Shown: piece after piece, positions 46,902 to 57,065 of the stretch | Layout: each line of letters starts with the position of its first letter | Numbering within the stretch: position 1 is the stretch's first letter | DNA from: a virus | Reading direction: 5' to 3' (one strand) | IMG/VR virus record: IMGVR_UViG_3300043409_001877 | Span: 64,001 to 128,000 of that record | Length of the DNA stretch: 64,000 nt | The notes under the pieces: generated by a model | Seen by the model: only the letters and a program-made list of their open reading frames with translations | What the model was told of the DNA's origin: nothing | Databases searched by the model: none | Made by a program: the position numbers and the translations under genes

Positions 46902-48810
46902 ACATAAAGACTTTTGGGAAAAATGTGATGAAACGTTTTCACATATTGATATATCTGGTCACTTAGGGGATATTAAACAATTACAACAATCATGGGAAAA
47001 TAATTTTGCTAATAAATATGATTTTACCAATAAAACTGTAATTGATTATGGTATTGGCGGTGGGTTATTTGGTAAATACCTTTTTGATAAAAAGAAAATA
47101 AAAAAGTATATTGGATTTGATATAGCACAAAGACAACTTAAACATGCCGCTATAAATTTAAAAGGTTATAAAAAAGAACTTTTTGATTCTAATGTAAAAT
47201 TAAATTTTAACGATTTAAATGCTGATATTTTTATTTGCCAAGCTGTTATACAACACTTCCCTAATGAAAAGTATATGATTAATTTTTTAAATGAACTTAA
47301 CGATTCTAATATTAACGAAATAATGTTACAAATACGTTATAGCAATAAAACAACGTTTAGTAATGATTATGATACAAGAGAAGGCGTTAGATTATCCTGT
47401 CAAACCAATTCAGATTATATATTAAAACATTTAAAAAACTATAAACTAGTAACTAATAAAAAATTAACCAACAAATCAAATTACGAATTTTTATTCTTTG
47501 AAAAAAAAAATAAAAAAATTTACGTAGACATTGATAACACGATTGCTGAAACCAATGGTATGGATTATGAAAATTCAAAACCAATAATGGATAGGATTAA
47601 TAAAATTAACAACCTTCATGATGATGGTAATACCATTGTTTACTGGACGGCAAGAGGTTCTGTATCTGGTATTGATTATTCAGAATTAACTAAAAAACAA
47701 TTTGAAGAATGGGGTGTTAAATATCACGATTTAAAATTTGGTAAACCAGCTTATGATTTATTTATTGATGATAAAAATATACATAGTGATACATTTTTTA
47801 AATCGGTTGATACAATTAATCACGATTCTAATTTATTTATAACATGCCCTTCGGTTAAAGTACCACATGGTGGTATTAGAGTCATATTAGAATGGGCTAA
47901 TAGATTAAGTAAATGGCATAACGTAACTTTATATATTGCAGATGGTGAAACTAACTGTAAATGGTTTGAAATAGATCCTATTGTAAAAATAGAGATTAAT
48001 AAAAATAACATTGTTGATTATAATTGCGTAATTATTACAAGCCCACATTCAATACACCTGCAAGATCTAATAACATCAAATCAAAAGTGTTTTATTTTTA
48101 TGCAAATGGCTGAACATTTATTCAACCCTAATGATACTGAATGGCTTAAAAAATGCACAGATTTTTACACATCAAAACACCCTTTGTTTTCAATATCTCA
48201 ATGGAATATTGATATGTTGAAAAATGAATTTAAACGTAGTGGTGAAATTTATTATATTGGGAATGGTGTTAATTTAGATGATTTTACTATAAGTGAAACT
48301 CCTAAAAAAGATAATATTATATTAATTGAAGGTTGGGAGCCAACTAACCCAAGTAAAGATATAGATAATTTAGCTCCAAGAGTAGCAGCTAAACTTAAAA
48401 AAATGAAATATAAAATTTTAGCATATTCTAATAGACCATTAAAAACTTTTGCTGAAATACCTGATGAATACTATCATAACCCTGATTTAAAAACAATGAA
48501 TGATTTATATGATAGAGCCACAATATTAGTTAAGGCTACTAAATACGATGCCAGAAGTTGTGCACCAATGGAGGCTATGACTAAAGGTACACCAACTGTT
48601 AGAGCTATAAATTATGGTGACGATGATTTAATTAATGATTTTAATTGCGTTAAAGTACTTTATAATGAACGACAATTATATGAGGGTATTATTAATTTAT
48701 TAAAAGATAAAGATAAATATGAATACATGTCTTCACATTGTTTAAATTATGTTAAAACGATTACTTGGGATTTTTGGATGGGTGAAGTTAATAAAATAAT
48801 AAGCAATTAA
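46894..48810 (+). CDS. Triple fusion: SAM methyltransferase + capsule-type HAD phosphatase + GT4-like glycosyltransferase
   Basis: VIDYGIGGG..GFDI..VIQHFP; YVDIDNTI..YWTARG..GKP.YDLFIDDK; PHGGIRV..GNGV..PMEAM..GTP. Confidence 0.75.
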   Translation: MDKHKDFWEKCDETFSHIDISGHLGDIKQLQQSWENNFANKYDFTNKTVIDYGIGGGLFGKYLFDKKKIKKYIGFDIAQRQLKHAAINLKGYKKELFDSNVKLNFNDLNADIFICQAVIQHFPNEKYMINFLNELNDSNINEIMLQIRYSNKTTFSNDYDTREGVRLSCQTNSDYILKHLKNYKLVTNKKLTNKSNYEFLFFEKKNKKIYVDIDNTIAETNGMDYENSKPIMDRINKINNLHDDGNTIVYWTARGSVSGIDYSELTKKQFEEWGVKYHDLKFGKPAYDLFIDDKNIHSDTFFKSVDTINHDSNLFITCPSVKVPHGGIRVILEWANRLSKWHNVTLYIADGETNCKWFEIDPIVKIEINKNNIVDYNCVIITSPHSIHLQDLITSNQKCFIFMQMAEHLFNPNDTEWLKKCTDFYTSKHPLFSISQWNIDMLKNEFKRSGEIYYIGNGVNLDDFTISETPKKDNIILIEGWEPTNPSKDIDNLAPRVAAKLKKMKYKILAYSNRPLKTFAEIPDEYYHNPDLKTMNDLYDRATILVKATKYDARSCAPMEAMTKGTPTVRAINYGDDDLINDFNCVKVLYNERQLYEGIINLLKDKDKYEYMSSHCLNYVKTITWDFWMGEVNKIISN

Positions 48811-48839
48811 TAATAAATTTAAAAAAAAATAATAAGCAA

Positions 48840-49508
48840 ATGTTAAATAGCAAAGAAATTAATAAAATAAAAGAAGATGTTTGTATTATTGCGTTAAAAT
48901 ATCTTGAACCATATTGGGAGCTAACCCAATTAGATATAATAAATTCTGGTTTATCAGTTATTTACGTTGATAGAGAAGGTGTTGGTTCTATGAGTAAAGC
49001 CTTCAACACATGTATACCGCAATTAATAGAAAAATACGGTGATAATTTACCCAAGTATTTATTTTTTGTTACAAATGTTGGCTTTAATATAAATACAGTT
49101 AATAGATTAGTTGAATCTATGGATAAAACAGGTTTTGGCGCTATTCACCCATCCCATGAAAGTGATCATGCGTCTCACAGAAATAATGGTACAAATGAAA
49201 TTGTAGAAACAAAATATATAGAATGGACAGCTCCAATTGTAAAGACTGAGCTTTTTTTAAAGCAAAAATTAGATGAAAATTATAGATATTGGTATTTTGA
49301 TTTAGTATGGAGTTATGACGTTAAACAAATGGGCTATAAAATAGGTGTTGATCATGGAACTTCGGTTAATCACACATATTTATTAAAGGAGAACAAAAAA
49401 CATATAATAACAAAATTAAGAAGTGAATTAAGATGGTATTGGAATCCAATTGAGGAAAAAACATTAATCTCAAAATACGGATTAAATTGGAAAAAACTAC
49501 TTTGGTAG
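48840..49508 (+). CDS. Divergent GT-A-like protein
   Basis: SKAFN, LDE.Y.YW..D..W, IGVD....V.H; sits within the glycan operon. Confidence 0.5.
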   Translation: MLNSKEINKIKEDVCIIALKYLEPYWELTQLDIINSGLSVIYVDREGVGSMSKAFNTCIPQLIEKYGDNLPKYLFFVTNVGFNINTVNRLVESMDKTGFGAIHPSHESDHASHRNNGTNEIVETKYIEWTAPIVKTELFLKQKLDENYRYWYFDLVWSYDVKQMGYKIGVDHGTSVNHTYLLKENKKHIITKLRSELRWYWNPIEEKTLISKYGLNWKKLLW

Positions 49509-49539
49509 AAAAATAAGAATAAAAAATAAGAATAAAAAA

Positions 49540-50181
49540 ATGACAACATTAGAATTACATGGAGTGGCATACGAATTAGCTTTTTGGAAAGAATTCGTTA
49601 AAACAGATCGTTTTATCACTGGGTGGGTTGGTAAAGAAAAAACCCCAGAATTAAATAATAAAGTAGCTGAATTTATATTAGCAAATAAAAACGATAATAT
49701 ACTAGATGTTGGTAGCGGTGCTGTATCATTATTAAACGGATTATCAAATAAATCAAATTTAATTGCAGCTGATCCGTTGGGTGAGCTATATCAGATAGTT
49801 TTTGATTATAAAAAATATAACATACCAGCTCCATTAACATATCCAGCGGAAGAACTTCCGTATGATAATGAATTTGATATTGTCCACATATCAAACGCAC
49901 TAGACCACAGCCAAGACCCAAAATTAGCTGTTGAAAAATTATTAAAATCAACTAAAAGTGGTGGATATTTAATCATTCAAGGGTTTGAATGCGAAGGTAC
50001 GTTTGAAAACTGGATTGGATTTCATCAATGGGATTTACAATATAAACCACATGGTTTAACATTAACTAATAAACATGGTGAAGAAACTATATTATTAGAT
50101 AGTACCGATATTACTATTGGAAGTAGTGATGATATTGGTGGTGGCAAAAGATGGTTAATATGCGTAGTAAAGAAGAAGTAA
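49540..50181 (+). CDS. Class I SAM methyltransferase
   Basis: ILDVGSG, AEELPY..EFDIV..NALDH, K.GGYL. Confidence 0.85.
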   Translation: MTTLELHGVAYELAFWKEFVKTDRFITGWVGKEKTPELNNKVAEFILANKNDNILDVGSGAVSLLNGLSNKSNLIAADPLGELYQIVFDYKKYNIPAPLTYPAEELPYDNEFDIVHISNALDHSQDPKLAVEKLLKSTKSGGYLIIQGFECEGTFENWIGFHQWDLQYKPHGLTLTNKHGEETILLDSTDITIGSSDDIGGGKRWLICVVKKK

Positions 50182-50612
50182 CTAAAATTATAATAGACTT
50201 TGACGGTGTACTAACCGATGGTAAAATTTTTTACACACACGATGGTAAACAATTTAAAGGTACAAATACTCGTGATGTTAGGGCTATAAGAGAATTAATT
50301 AGCCATGGTTACGATGTTACGATTTTAACAGCAAGTAATTGGTCTGGCTCTAAAGATTTTGCAAAAAAAACTGGGGCTGATGTAGTTATTTTAAAAGAAA
50401 AGATAAAATTTTTAGAAACATTTAATGGTGGTTATATAGCAATAGGTGATGATGTTTGGGATCACCCATTAATTGAATCTGCCAGTAGATTTTTTGCACC
50501 AAGAGATTGTGATAAGTTAATAAAAAACAATCCTAAAGTTGAAATATTAGATTGTGATGGTGGTAGTGGCGTAATAGCTGAGCTAGTTTGGTTATTATGT
50601 AATAATAAATAA
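50151..50612 (+). CDS. kdsC: KdsC-family HAD phosphatase (KDO-8-P/KDN-9-P phosphatase-like)
   Basis: IDFDGVLTDG, RD, IGDD..D, GG.GVIAE. Confidence 0.8.
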   Translation: MVNMRSKEEVTKIIIDFDGVLTDGKIFYTHDGKQFKGTNTRDVRAIRELISHGYDVTILTASNWSGSKDFAKKTGADVVILKEKIKFLETFNGGYIAIGDDVWDHPLIESASRFFAPRDCDKLIKNNPKVEILDCDGGSGVIAELVWLLCNNK

Positions 50613-50627
50613 ATGTAAATATATACT

Positions 50628-51374
50628 ATGGGTAACCAAAGAAGAAAGAAAAGACTAACCTCTGAAGAAGAATTTGAGGTTTTAAATGAAATTAACCACT
50701 CACATAGTGGTAACATTTTAGATAGAATAAAAGTTGATATCAAGTATAAAACACAGAACCAAAAAATTTTAGTAAACGAGATTAAGGATAAAGAGATTGT
50801 AATATGCTCTGGTTTACCTGGAACTGGTAAAACATTCTTATCATGCGCTGTGGCATTAGAGTTGCTTAAAAAAGACCCTAGGTACCGTAAAATCGTAATA
50901 GTTAAATCTGTTACAACATTAAGGGATGAAGAAATTGGATTCTTAAAAGGAACCATGAAAGAAAAGATGGAACCATTTATGTATTCTTTCTTACATAACT
51001 TTGAAAAAATAATTGGTAAAAGTAATGTTGAAGCTTTAAGAGCCGCTGGTATGATCGAAGAAATGCCAATAGCCTATATGAGGGGTATTAACATAGATAA
51101 CTCAATTACAATCATAGATGAGGCTCAAAATATCTCAATTGATAATATCAGGACAATTATGACTCGTTTAGGCGAAAACTCTAAAATGATATTCTTAGGG
51201 GATGAAAATCAGATTGACATGAAAAAGAAAGGCGAAAGCTCTCTTAATTTTATTATTAATAAATTCAAGAATTTTGATGAAGTTGGGACTATTAGTTTGG
51301 GTGAAGATGATGTCGTAAGAAACCCTTTAATAAAGAAAATTGAGCAAATTTTTAGAGAAAATTCAAATCAATAA
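50628..51374 (+). CDS. phoH: PhoH-family ATPase
   Basis: GLPGTGKT, IGFLKG, AYMRG, IDEAQN, TRLGENSK, GD..QID, DVVRNPLI. Confidence 0.93.
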   Translation: MGNQRRKKRLTSEEEFEVLNEINHSHSGNILDRIKVDIKYKTQNQKILVNEIKDKEIVICSGLPGTGKTFLSCAVALELLKKDPRYRKIVIVKSVTTLRDEEIGFLKGTMKEKMEPFMYSFLHNFEKIIGKSNVEALRAAGMIEEMPIAYMRGINIDNSITIIDEAQNISIDNIRTIMTRLGENSKMIFLGDENQIDMKKKGESSLNFIINKFKNFDEVGTISLGEDDVVRNPLIKKIEQIFRENSNQ

Positions 51375-51420
51375 TTTACTTTTTCTATTTTAACCATATT
51401 ATTGTTTAAAAGACAGTAAT

Positions 51421-52068
51421 ATGGTTATTGGAATTACAATTAATAATATCCTTAGGGATCACATCACACAATTAAAAAAGGTTTATTATACCGTCACAGA
51501 TGAGACGGCTATAGAACCTATAAACCCTTTTGATTTAGAGACTTCATTTCCAAACAAACAGTCAACTGAAATTGTTCAAGAATTTAAAGTTACTGATGAT
51601 ACTTTTTCAGAAGAATTAACATTAAACGAATTAGATGAAACTTTTAATGTATATGAATTTATATATAAAGAAGCTTCGTTTGAAATATTTGGTCGTTCAG
51701 AAGAATCTATTGACGGTTTAATCCGCATGTTAAAAGAGTGGGAGAAAAAATGGAAAGTTAAATTTGTTTTATTAAATAAAGAATCCCCAAGATCAAAATG
51801 TGCCACTCTATTTTTCTTATCTAAAAATGGATTTGATTTAGATACCATTTATTTCCCAACAAAAGATAAAGATTTTTGGAATAATGTTGAGGTTTTAATT
51901 ACAGATAACCCTAAAATATTAAAGTGCAAACCAAAAGATAAAACATCAATCAAGATAATTAATGATTTTAATCTTGATATAAAATCAGATTTTAGTATTA
52001 TTAGATTAGATAATAACACAAAAGAAATTAAGAATATAATAAAAACCATAAAAGAAAAAATTAAATAA
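51421..52068 (+). CDS. Degenerate HAD / 5'(3')-nucleotidase-like protein
   Basis: IGITINNILRD sits at the position of IGIDIDGVLRD; LITDNP near the C-terminus. Confidence 0.5.
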   Translation: MVIGITINNILRDHITQLKKVYYTVTDETAIEPINPFDLETSFPNKQSTEIVQEFKVTDDTFSEELTLNELDETFNVYEFIYKEASFEIFGRSEESIDGLIRMLKEWEKKWKVKFVLLNKESPRSKCATLFFLSKNGFDLDTIYFPTKDKDFWNNVEVLITDNPKILKCKPKDKTSIKIINDFNLDIKSDFSIIRLDNNTKEIKNIIKTIKEKIK

Positions 52069-52073
52069 AAAAA

Positions 52074-53150
52074 ATGGAAAAATTAGATGAAACGTTAAAA
52101 AACATTGATTTAGCGATTGAAAAAATTAAAAACAAAGAAAGCAAAATTGTTTTCTTATCACCAGACACAAAAGGAACTGCTAGAGCTAGTGTTGCTTACA
52201 TTTACAGACAAGCGTTAACTTTGAAAAATAATGGCTACCACGTTAGTATTTTACATGAGAAAAATGACTACATGAAACCAGGTTCTTGGTTAGGTGAAGA
52301 GTATGATGCTTTAGAGCATAGCTCAATTGAAGATAATAATTTAACTGTTGGGCCTCAGGACTACATTGTTGTCCCTGAAATTTTTGGTAATGTTTTTGAA
52401 CAAATCCAACAATTACCAATTGATAAAATTATTTTAGTACAATGTCACGATTATCTTTTAGATAGCTTCTCACCAGGTAAGTCTTGGTTAGATTTTGATG
52501 TTAACGAATGTGTTACAACATCAAAAACTTTAAGTGATATGATTGGAGAATTAGTTGGTATTGAAGGTGTTAAATTTGTTAATCCAGGTGTTCCTGAGTT
52601 CTTTAATAAATCAGACAAACCTCAAATGCCGATTGTGTCTATTCATTGTAGAGACCAAAGAAAAGCTGCTAAGATTATTAAAACCTTCTATTTGAAATAT
52701 CCGTTATATCGTTTTATTTCATTTAAAGATATGCATAGTATGGGCGAAAAAGACTTTGCTAAAAATTTAAAAGAATGTGCATTATCTGTTTGGATTGACG
52801 ATGATAGTTCATTTGGTACATTCCCGATTGAGTCTATTAAATCTAATGTCCCAGTAATTGGTAAAGTGCCTAATATCATCCCTGAATGGATGAATGACGA
52901 TAATGGTATTTGGGTTTATGATGAGAATCAAATCCCTGATTTAGTTTTTAATTACATTAAAAATTGGATGGAAGATTCTTTACCTGATAACTTGTTAAAA
53001 GTTGCTGACACATTAAAAGATAAGTATACTATCGAAATTTTTGAAAAAGCAACGGTTGAAATGTATAATGATTTATTTGAAAAGAAATTAACCAAATTAA
53101 ATACAATAAAAGAAAACTTAGAAAAAACTTTAGAAAAAAATGAAAACTAA
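52074..53150 (+). CDS. GT4-like glycosyltransferase
   Basis: IVVPE, SSFGTFPIESIK..VPVIG. Confidence 0.7.
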   Translation: MEKLDETLKNIDLAIEKIKNKESKIVFLSPDTKGTARASVAYIYRQALTLKNNGYHVSILHEKNDYMKPGSWLGEEYDALEHSSIEDNNLTVGPQDYIVVPEIFGNVFEQIQQLPIDKIILVQCHDYLLDSFSPGKSWLDFDVNECVTTSKTLSDMIGELVGIEGVKFVNPGVPEFFNKSDKPQMPIVSIHCRDQRKAAKIIKTFYLKYPLYRFISFKDMHSMGEKDFAKNLKECALSVWIDDDSSFGTFPIESIKSNVPVIGKVPNIIPEWMNDDNGIWVYDENQIPDLVFNYIKNWMEDSLPDNLLKVADTLKDKYTIEIFEKATVEMYNDLFEKKLTKLNTIKENLEKTLEKNEN

Positions 53151-53964
53151 TATAGACTTAACAGTAGTAATCCCTGTACATGCTGTTTCAGACCCAAATT
53201 TTAACCAATTATTAGATGCGGCTTTAATGAGCATTGAAAATAATGAAGTTCACCCAGAAAAAGTAATGATCGTAAGATGTGGTTGTGGTGATGTGAAAGA
53301 AATTGTTGATAATTTAGATAAATCTAAATACACATACAGCCTTGAAATTATTGAAAACACAACAGGTAAATCTTTTCAAAATCAAATGAATTATGCTGCC
53401 ACACAAGTGACAACAAAATACTTTAGTTTATTAGAATTTGATGACGAATTCTCAATCAATTGGTTTAAGAACGTAAAAATTTATAGTGAGGTTTACCCTG
53501 AAACTGAAATGTTTTTACCAATCATCACAGATGTTACAGCTGAAAACAAATTTGTTGGTTTAACCAACGAAGCTGCTTGGGCTTTTAATTTCTCAGACAC
53601 TTTAGGTCAGATTGACCATGAAGTTTTACTTGAATTCCCAAACATCAATCCCGATGGTATGGTTATCAATACAGAAACATTTAAAGCTATTGGTGGTTAT
53701 AAACCATCTATGAGATTAACTTTTAATTACGAATTTTTATTACGCTTCACAAACAACGGTAGAAATATCATGGTAATTCCTAAAATGGGTTACAAACACA
53801 TGAATATGCGTCCAACGTCATTATTTTGGGAATACAAAAACAGTTCGGATGAATCGGTTAAAGTGGAGCCAGATGAGGCTAGATTTTGGATGGAAACAGC
53901 AAAGAGCGAATTTTTTTACAAAGAGGATAGAAACATAAACTATGAGAAAAATGCTACAGCTTAA
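53140..53964 (+). CDS. GT2-like glycosyltransferase
   Basis: LTVVIPV, Q.NYA, LLEFDD, IGG, EFLLR, Y.H. Confidence 0.75.
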   Translation: MKTNIDLTVVIPVHAVSDPNFNQLLDAALMSIENNEVHPEKVMIVRCGCGDVKEIVDNLDKSKYTYSLEIIENTTGKSFQNQMNYAATQVTTKYFSLLEFDDEFSINWFKNVKIYSEVYPETEMFLPIITDVTAENKFVGLTNEAAWAFNFSDTLGQIDHEVLLEFPNINPDGMVINTETFKAIGGYKPSMRLTFNYEFLLRFTNNGRNIMVIPKMGYKHMNMRPTSLFWEYKNSSDESVKVEPDEARFWMETAKSEFFYKEDRNINYEKNATA

Positions 53965-53966
53965 AG

Positions 53967-54680
53967 ATGTCAAGACCAAAGAAAGACCGCAATTATTATG
54001 GTGTAGATCAAGAAGCTGCGGTTGTTATTTTCTTAAACGCTAAAACAGTAGCGGAAAAAGAAAAGATTTATAGAGAATTCTTACAAGAACCAATCAATAA
54101 AATGATTGAAAGTATTATTAGAACTTATAAATTATATAGACAATCCTATGAATTTAGAGATCTACATGCAGATACTTTATCATTTTTAATGACTAAATTT
54201 GATAAATTCAAACCAGAAAAGGGAAATAAATCTTTTTCATATTTTGGCACAGTATGTAAAAATTACTTATACAATGAGATGATGAAGGAGTATAAAAAAA
54301 ATACGTCCTTCATTAGCATTGATGAAACCGAACAAGATTTTTTAAAAAGAGACGATTTATTATATCGAATTGATGACGGAGAATTAGATTTAACAAATTT
54401 TATTGATAAATTAACATTTTCGATAAAAGAAGAATTAAATGAAGAGGGGTTAAATGACAACGAATTTAAAGTTGGTCACTCATTAGTTAAAATTTTAGAG
54501 GGATGGAAGGAATTGTTCACTCAAAATGAAACAAATAAAAATTCAACTAAATTCAACAAAAACCTTATTTTATTGTATATTAGGAACATGACGGGCTTAA
54601 ATACTAAAGAAATTAGAAATAGCATGAAAAGATTTAAATCTTTATATGTCATTTTTAAGGGTAAATATTTAGAAGAATGA
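53967..54680 (+). CDS. Phage RNA polymerase sigma-like factor (gp55-like late sigma candidate)
   Basis: Sigma region-2-like DL..D....L..KFDKFKPEKG.KSFSYF..VCKNYL; C-terminal helical element. Confidence 0.65.
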   Translation: MSRPKKDRNYYGVDQEAAVVIFLNAKTVAEKEKIYREFLQEPINKMIESIIRTYKLYRQSYEFRDLHADTLSFLMTKFDKFKPEKGNKSFSYFGTVCKNYLYNEMMKEYKKNTSFISIDETEQDFLKRDDLLYRIDDGELDLTNFIDKLTFSIKEELNEEGLNDNEFKVGHSLVKILEGWKELFTQNETNKNSTKFNKNLILLYIRNMTGLNTKEIRNSMKRFKSLYVIFKGKYLEE

Positions 54681-54704
54681 TATTTATAGTTAAACAATAT
54701 CATT

Positions 54705-55082
54705 ATGATACAGAATCAAAAGAAAAAAAAGGTTGACGTAACCGAAGAAAGCATGAAAGAACTCATGCAAGAAACATACAACGAGATTGTTGACGAGCGA
54801 AATAAAGCTCTCACAGCTTATAAAAAATTTAGTAAAGACATCAACGAAAACTCTGACATCGCACTAGTAGGTAAGATTACTAACGATTTACTTAAAATTA
54901 TTGATGGTACAATAGAAAAAAAACTAAGATTAATTAAAATACAAAGCGATGTTCTCTATAAAAACGGTAAAACAACAGGTGAAGCTGCACCGTCAATGAC
55001 TATAACTGAGGATGATCGTAAATGGGCTGAAGAGTTCATGAAAAGACAACCAGAAACTAATAACGAAAAAGAATACGAATAA
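54705..55082 (+). CDS. Helical hypothetical protein (possible terminase small subunit)
   Basis: Coiled-coil-like 125-aa ORF after the GATATTTAT motif; the TerS assignment is only a guess. Confidence 0.5.
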   Translation: MIQNQKKKKVDVTEESMKELMQETYNEIVDERNKALTAYKKFSKDINENSDIALVGKITNDLLKIIDGTIEKKLRLIKIQSDVLYKNGKTTGEAAPSMTITEDDRKWAEEFMKRQPETNNEKEYE

Positions 55083-55084
55083 TA

Positions 55085-57055
55085 ATGGGTCAACAAAGCG
55101 AAATTTTTACTAAATACAGGTCATTATTTAACAGTAATAGTGTTAAAAAGGGTGAAAGTGAGACCAGTAGAAAGTTAGACAATATGGATTTTGTTGACTT
55201 TTTATTTGAGATGGTTCGTGCAACCAAAGGTCAAAAACAATTTAAGAATATAATATTAAAAGGTAGTTTATCTAAATTAAAGAAAGCTGACGAATTAAAT
55301 GATATTATAATAAAACAACTATTGGCTGATTTTGGTTGTGATGAAACCTTATTAATACCCACAAAATACACAACGAAGGCTACTATTGGCGTTGAATTAG
55401 ATAAAGCTGAAGTTGACGCTTTTGGTTTATTGGGTGTTGATCCAGATAAAAAACCAGGTAATTATATTTACGAGGGTAATGACCCTAAGAAACATATGAA
55501 TTATGTTTTTTATAGGGCTCAAGGGGCTACAAGCAAAAACCCTTTAACTGTTAATTATAAAGATAGGGTTTTATATACGATATATTCCGTATCACCAAAT
55601 ACATTTATGTTTAAATTTGGTGAATTTTATGAAAATAGATTATTTGGAGAATGGCTTAAAGATTACGTTACTTTAATAAATCCGATATTTAATATGGTTA
55701 ATTTTACGGCTATTTTAATTGATTTATTGACTGGTGCAATATCTTTAAAAGCTAAAAAAAATAAAGACGAAATAAAAAAAGAAAGTGGTATCATTAAAGC
55801 TCTTCAAAAATTATTTGGTTTTTGTTCAGAAACGCCAACAAATAATGGTGATGCTTCTAAATCAGCTAATGATTTATTAAAAAATCAATTAGCCAATAAT
55901 CCAAAATCTAATGGTGATGGTCAGACTGGCACCCAGGTTGGTTTTGGTGACCTAAACAACAATAATAATACTGGTGGTCAAGAGGAAACGGATCCGTTTA
56001 ATTTTGATGCAACTGATTTGGATGAAATTGAAAGGGATGCTACTTTAAGATCTTCTGGTAAAATAAGATTCTCAACATGTGGTGATTTAGATATTGATAT
56101 TAACCCAGATGATATTATAGCTGGTTTAGATGAGTTATTTGCTAACTCTAATGCTAGTGAAATATATAGTTATGGTGACTCAAGTGTTGATAATCAATTA
56201 CCAAATACAAGTGATTTGCAAAACGCTAACATTGATGGTGCCCCTTATGACAATTCAAAAATAGACGCAAATGTAGATAAGGCTGCTGATTTTTTTGATA
56301 ACGCCTTAAACCAAGGGGCTCAAAAAGCCTTAGATGGTGGTGAGGATAGTATTAAAATTAACTTACCAAGCATGAATGCTGAATTACAGTTAAACATATT
56401 AAAAGCTATACCATACGCTTTAATGCGTTTAATTTTAACACCTAAATTATTACTAGTACCCAAATTACATTCTGTGTTAAGTGGTAACACAAGTAAACAA
56501 CCAGTAGAAGATTTCATTAAAAAAATGAAAATTACAATTTCTAAAATTGGGGAAAAAATAACTAATTTATTAATACAAAACATATTTGATTCTATTAAAG
56601 CCGATTTAATAAAATTAGGTAAAGATTTGATTAAAGAATATCTTAAACAACGAGGTCTTGATTTTACTGCGACTTATCAATCACTATTAATGTTATTAAA
56701 TTTATTTAAAGGTGGTGGTGGTGGTTGTGGTGGTGTGTTAGCTAAATTATTAAAATTACTTAACTTTGTACCACCAATACCTCAACCCCCAGTTCCACCA
56801 CCATTAATTTTAGTCGGTGGGGCTATGAAGCCTGGTATGAATAAAGTAGCCTTAGTTAACGGTATCAAATCAAAATTAACTGAAAAAGGTATTGAAACAG
56901 CACCAACATTACCAGATGGTACACCAAACAATATGATGATAGCAATTGAAGTAACTGTGGGTGAAATGTTAACACATATAAAGACAAGCTCAACAGTACA
57001 AACATTCGGTATAGGGCCTACAGGCCCTGTTGCTGGTTACGGACAAATACAATAA
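55085..57055 (+). CDS. Hypothetical structural protein (656 aa)
   Basis: Long coupled ORF in a motif-marked operon upstream of the spike-like gene. Confidence 0.6.
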   Translation: MGQQSEIFTKYRSLFNSNSVKKGESETSRKLDNMDFVDFLFEMVRATKGQKQFKNIILKGSLSKLKKADELNDIIIKQLLADFGCDETLLIPTKYTTKATIGVELDKAEVDAFGLLGVDPDKKPGNYIYEGNDPKKHMNYVFYRAQGATSKNPLTVNYKDRVLYTIYSVSPNTFMFKFGEFYENRLFGEWLKDYVTLINPIFNMVNFTAILIDLLTGAISLKAKKNKDEIKKESGIIKALQKLFGFCSETPTNNGDASKSANDLLKNQLANNPKSNGDGQTGTQVGFGDLNNNNNTGGQEETDPFNFDATDLDEIERDATLRSSGKIRFSTCGDLDIDINPDDIIAGLDELFANSNASEIYSYGDSSVDNQLPNTSDLQNANIDGAPYDNSKIDANVDKAADFFDNALNQGAQKALDGGEDSIKINLPSMNAELQLNILKAIPYALMRLILTPKLLLVPKLHSVLSGNTSKQPVEDFIKKMKITISKIGEKITNLLIQNIFDSIKADLIKLGKDLIKEYLKQRGLDFTATYQSLLMLLNLFKGGGGGCGGVLAKLLKLLNFVPPIPQPPVPPPLILVGGAMKPGMNKVALVNGIKSKLTEKGIETAPTLPDGTPNNMMIAIEVTVGEMLTHIKTSSTVQTFGIGPTGPVAGYGQIQ

Positions 57056-57065
57056 TATTATATTT

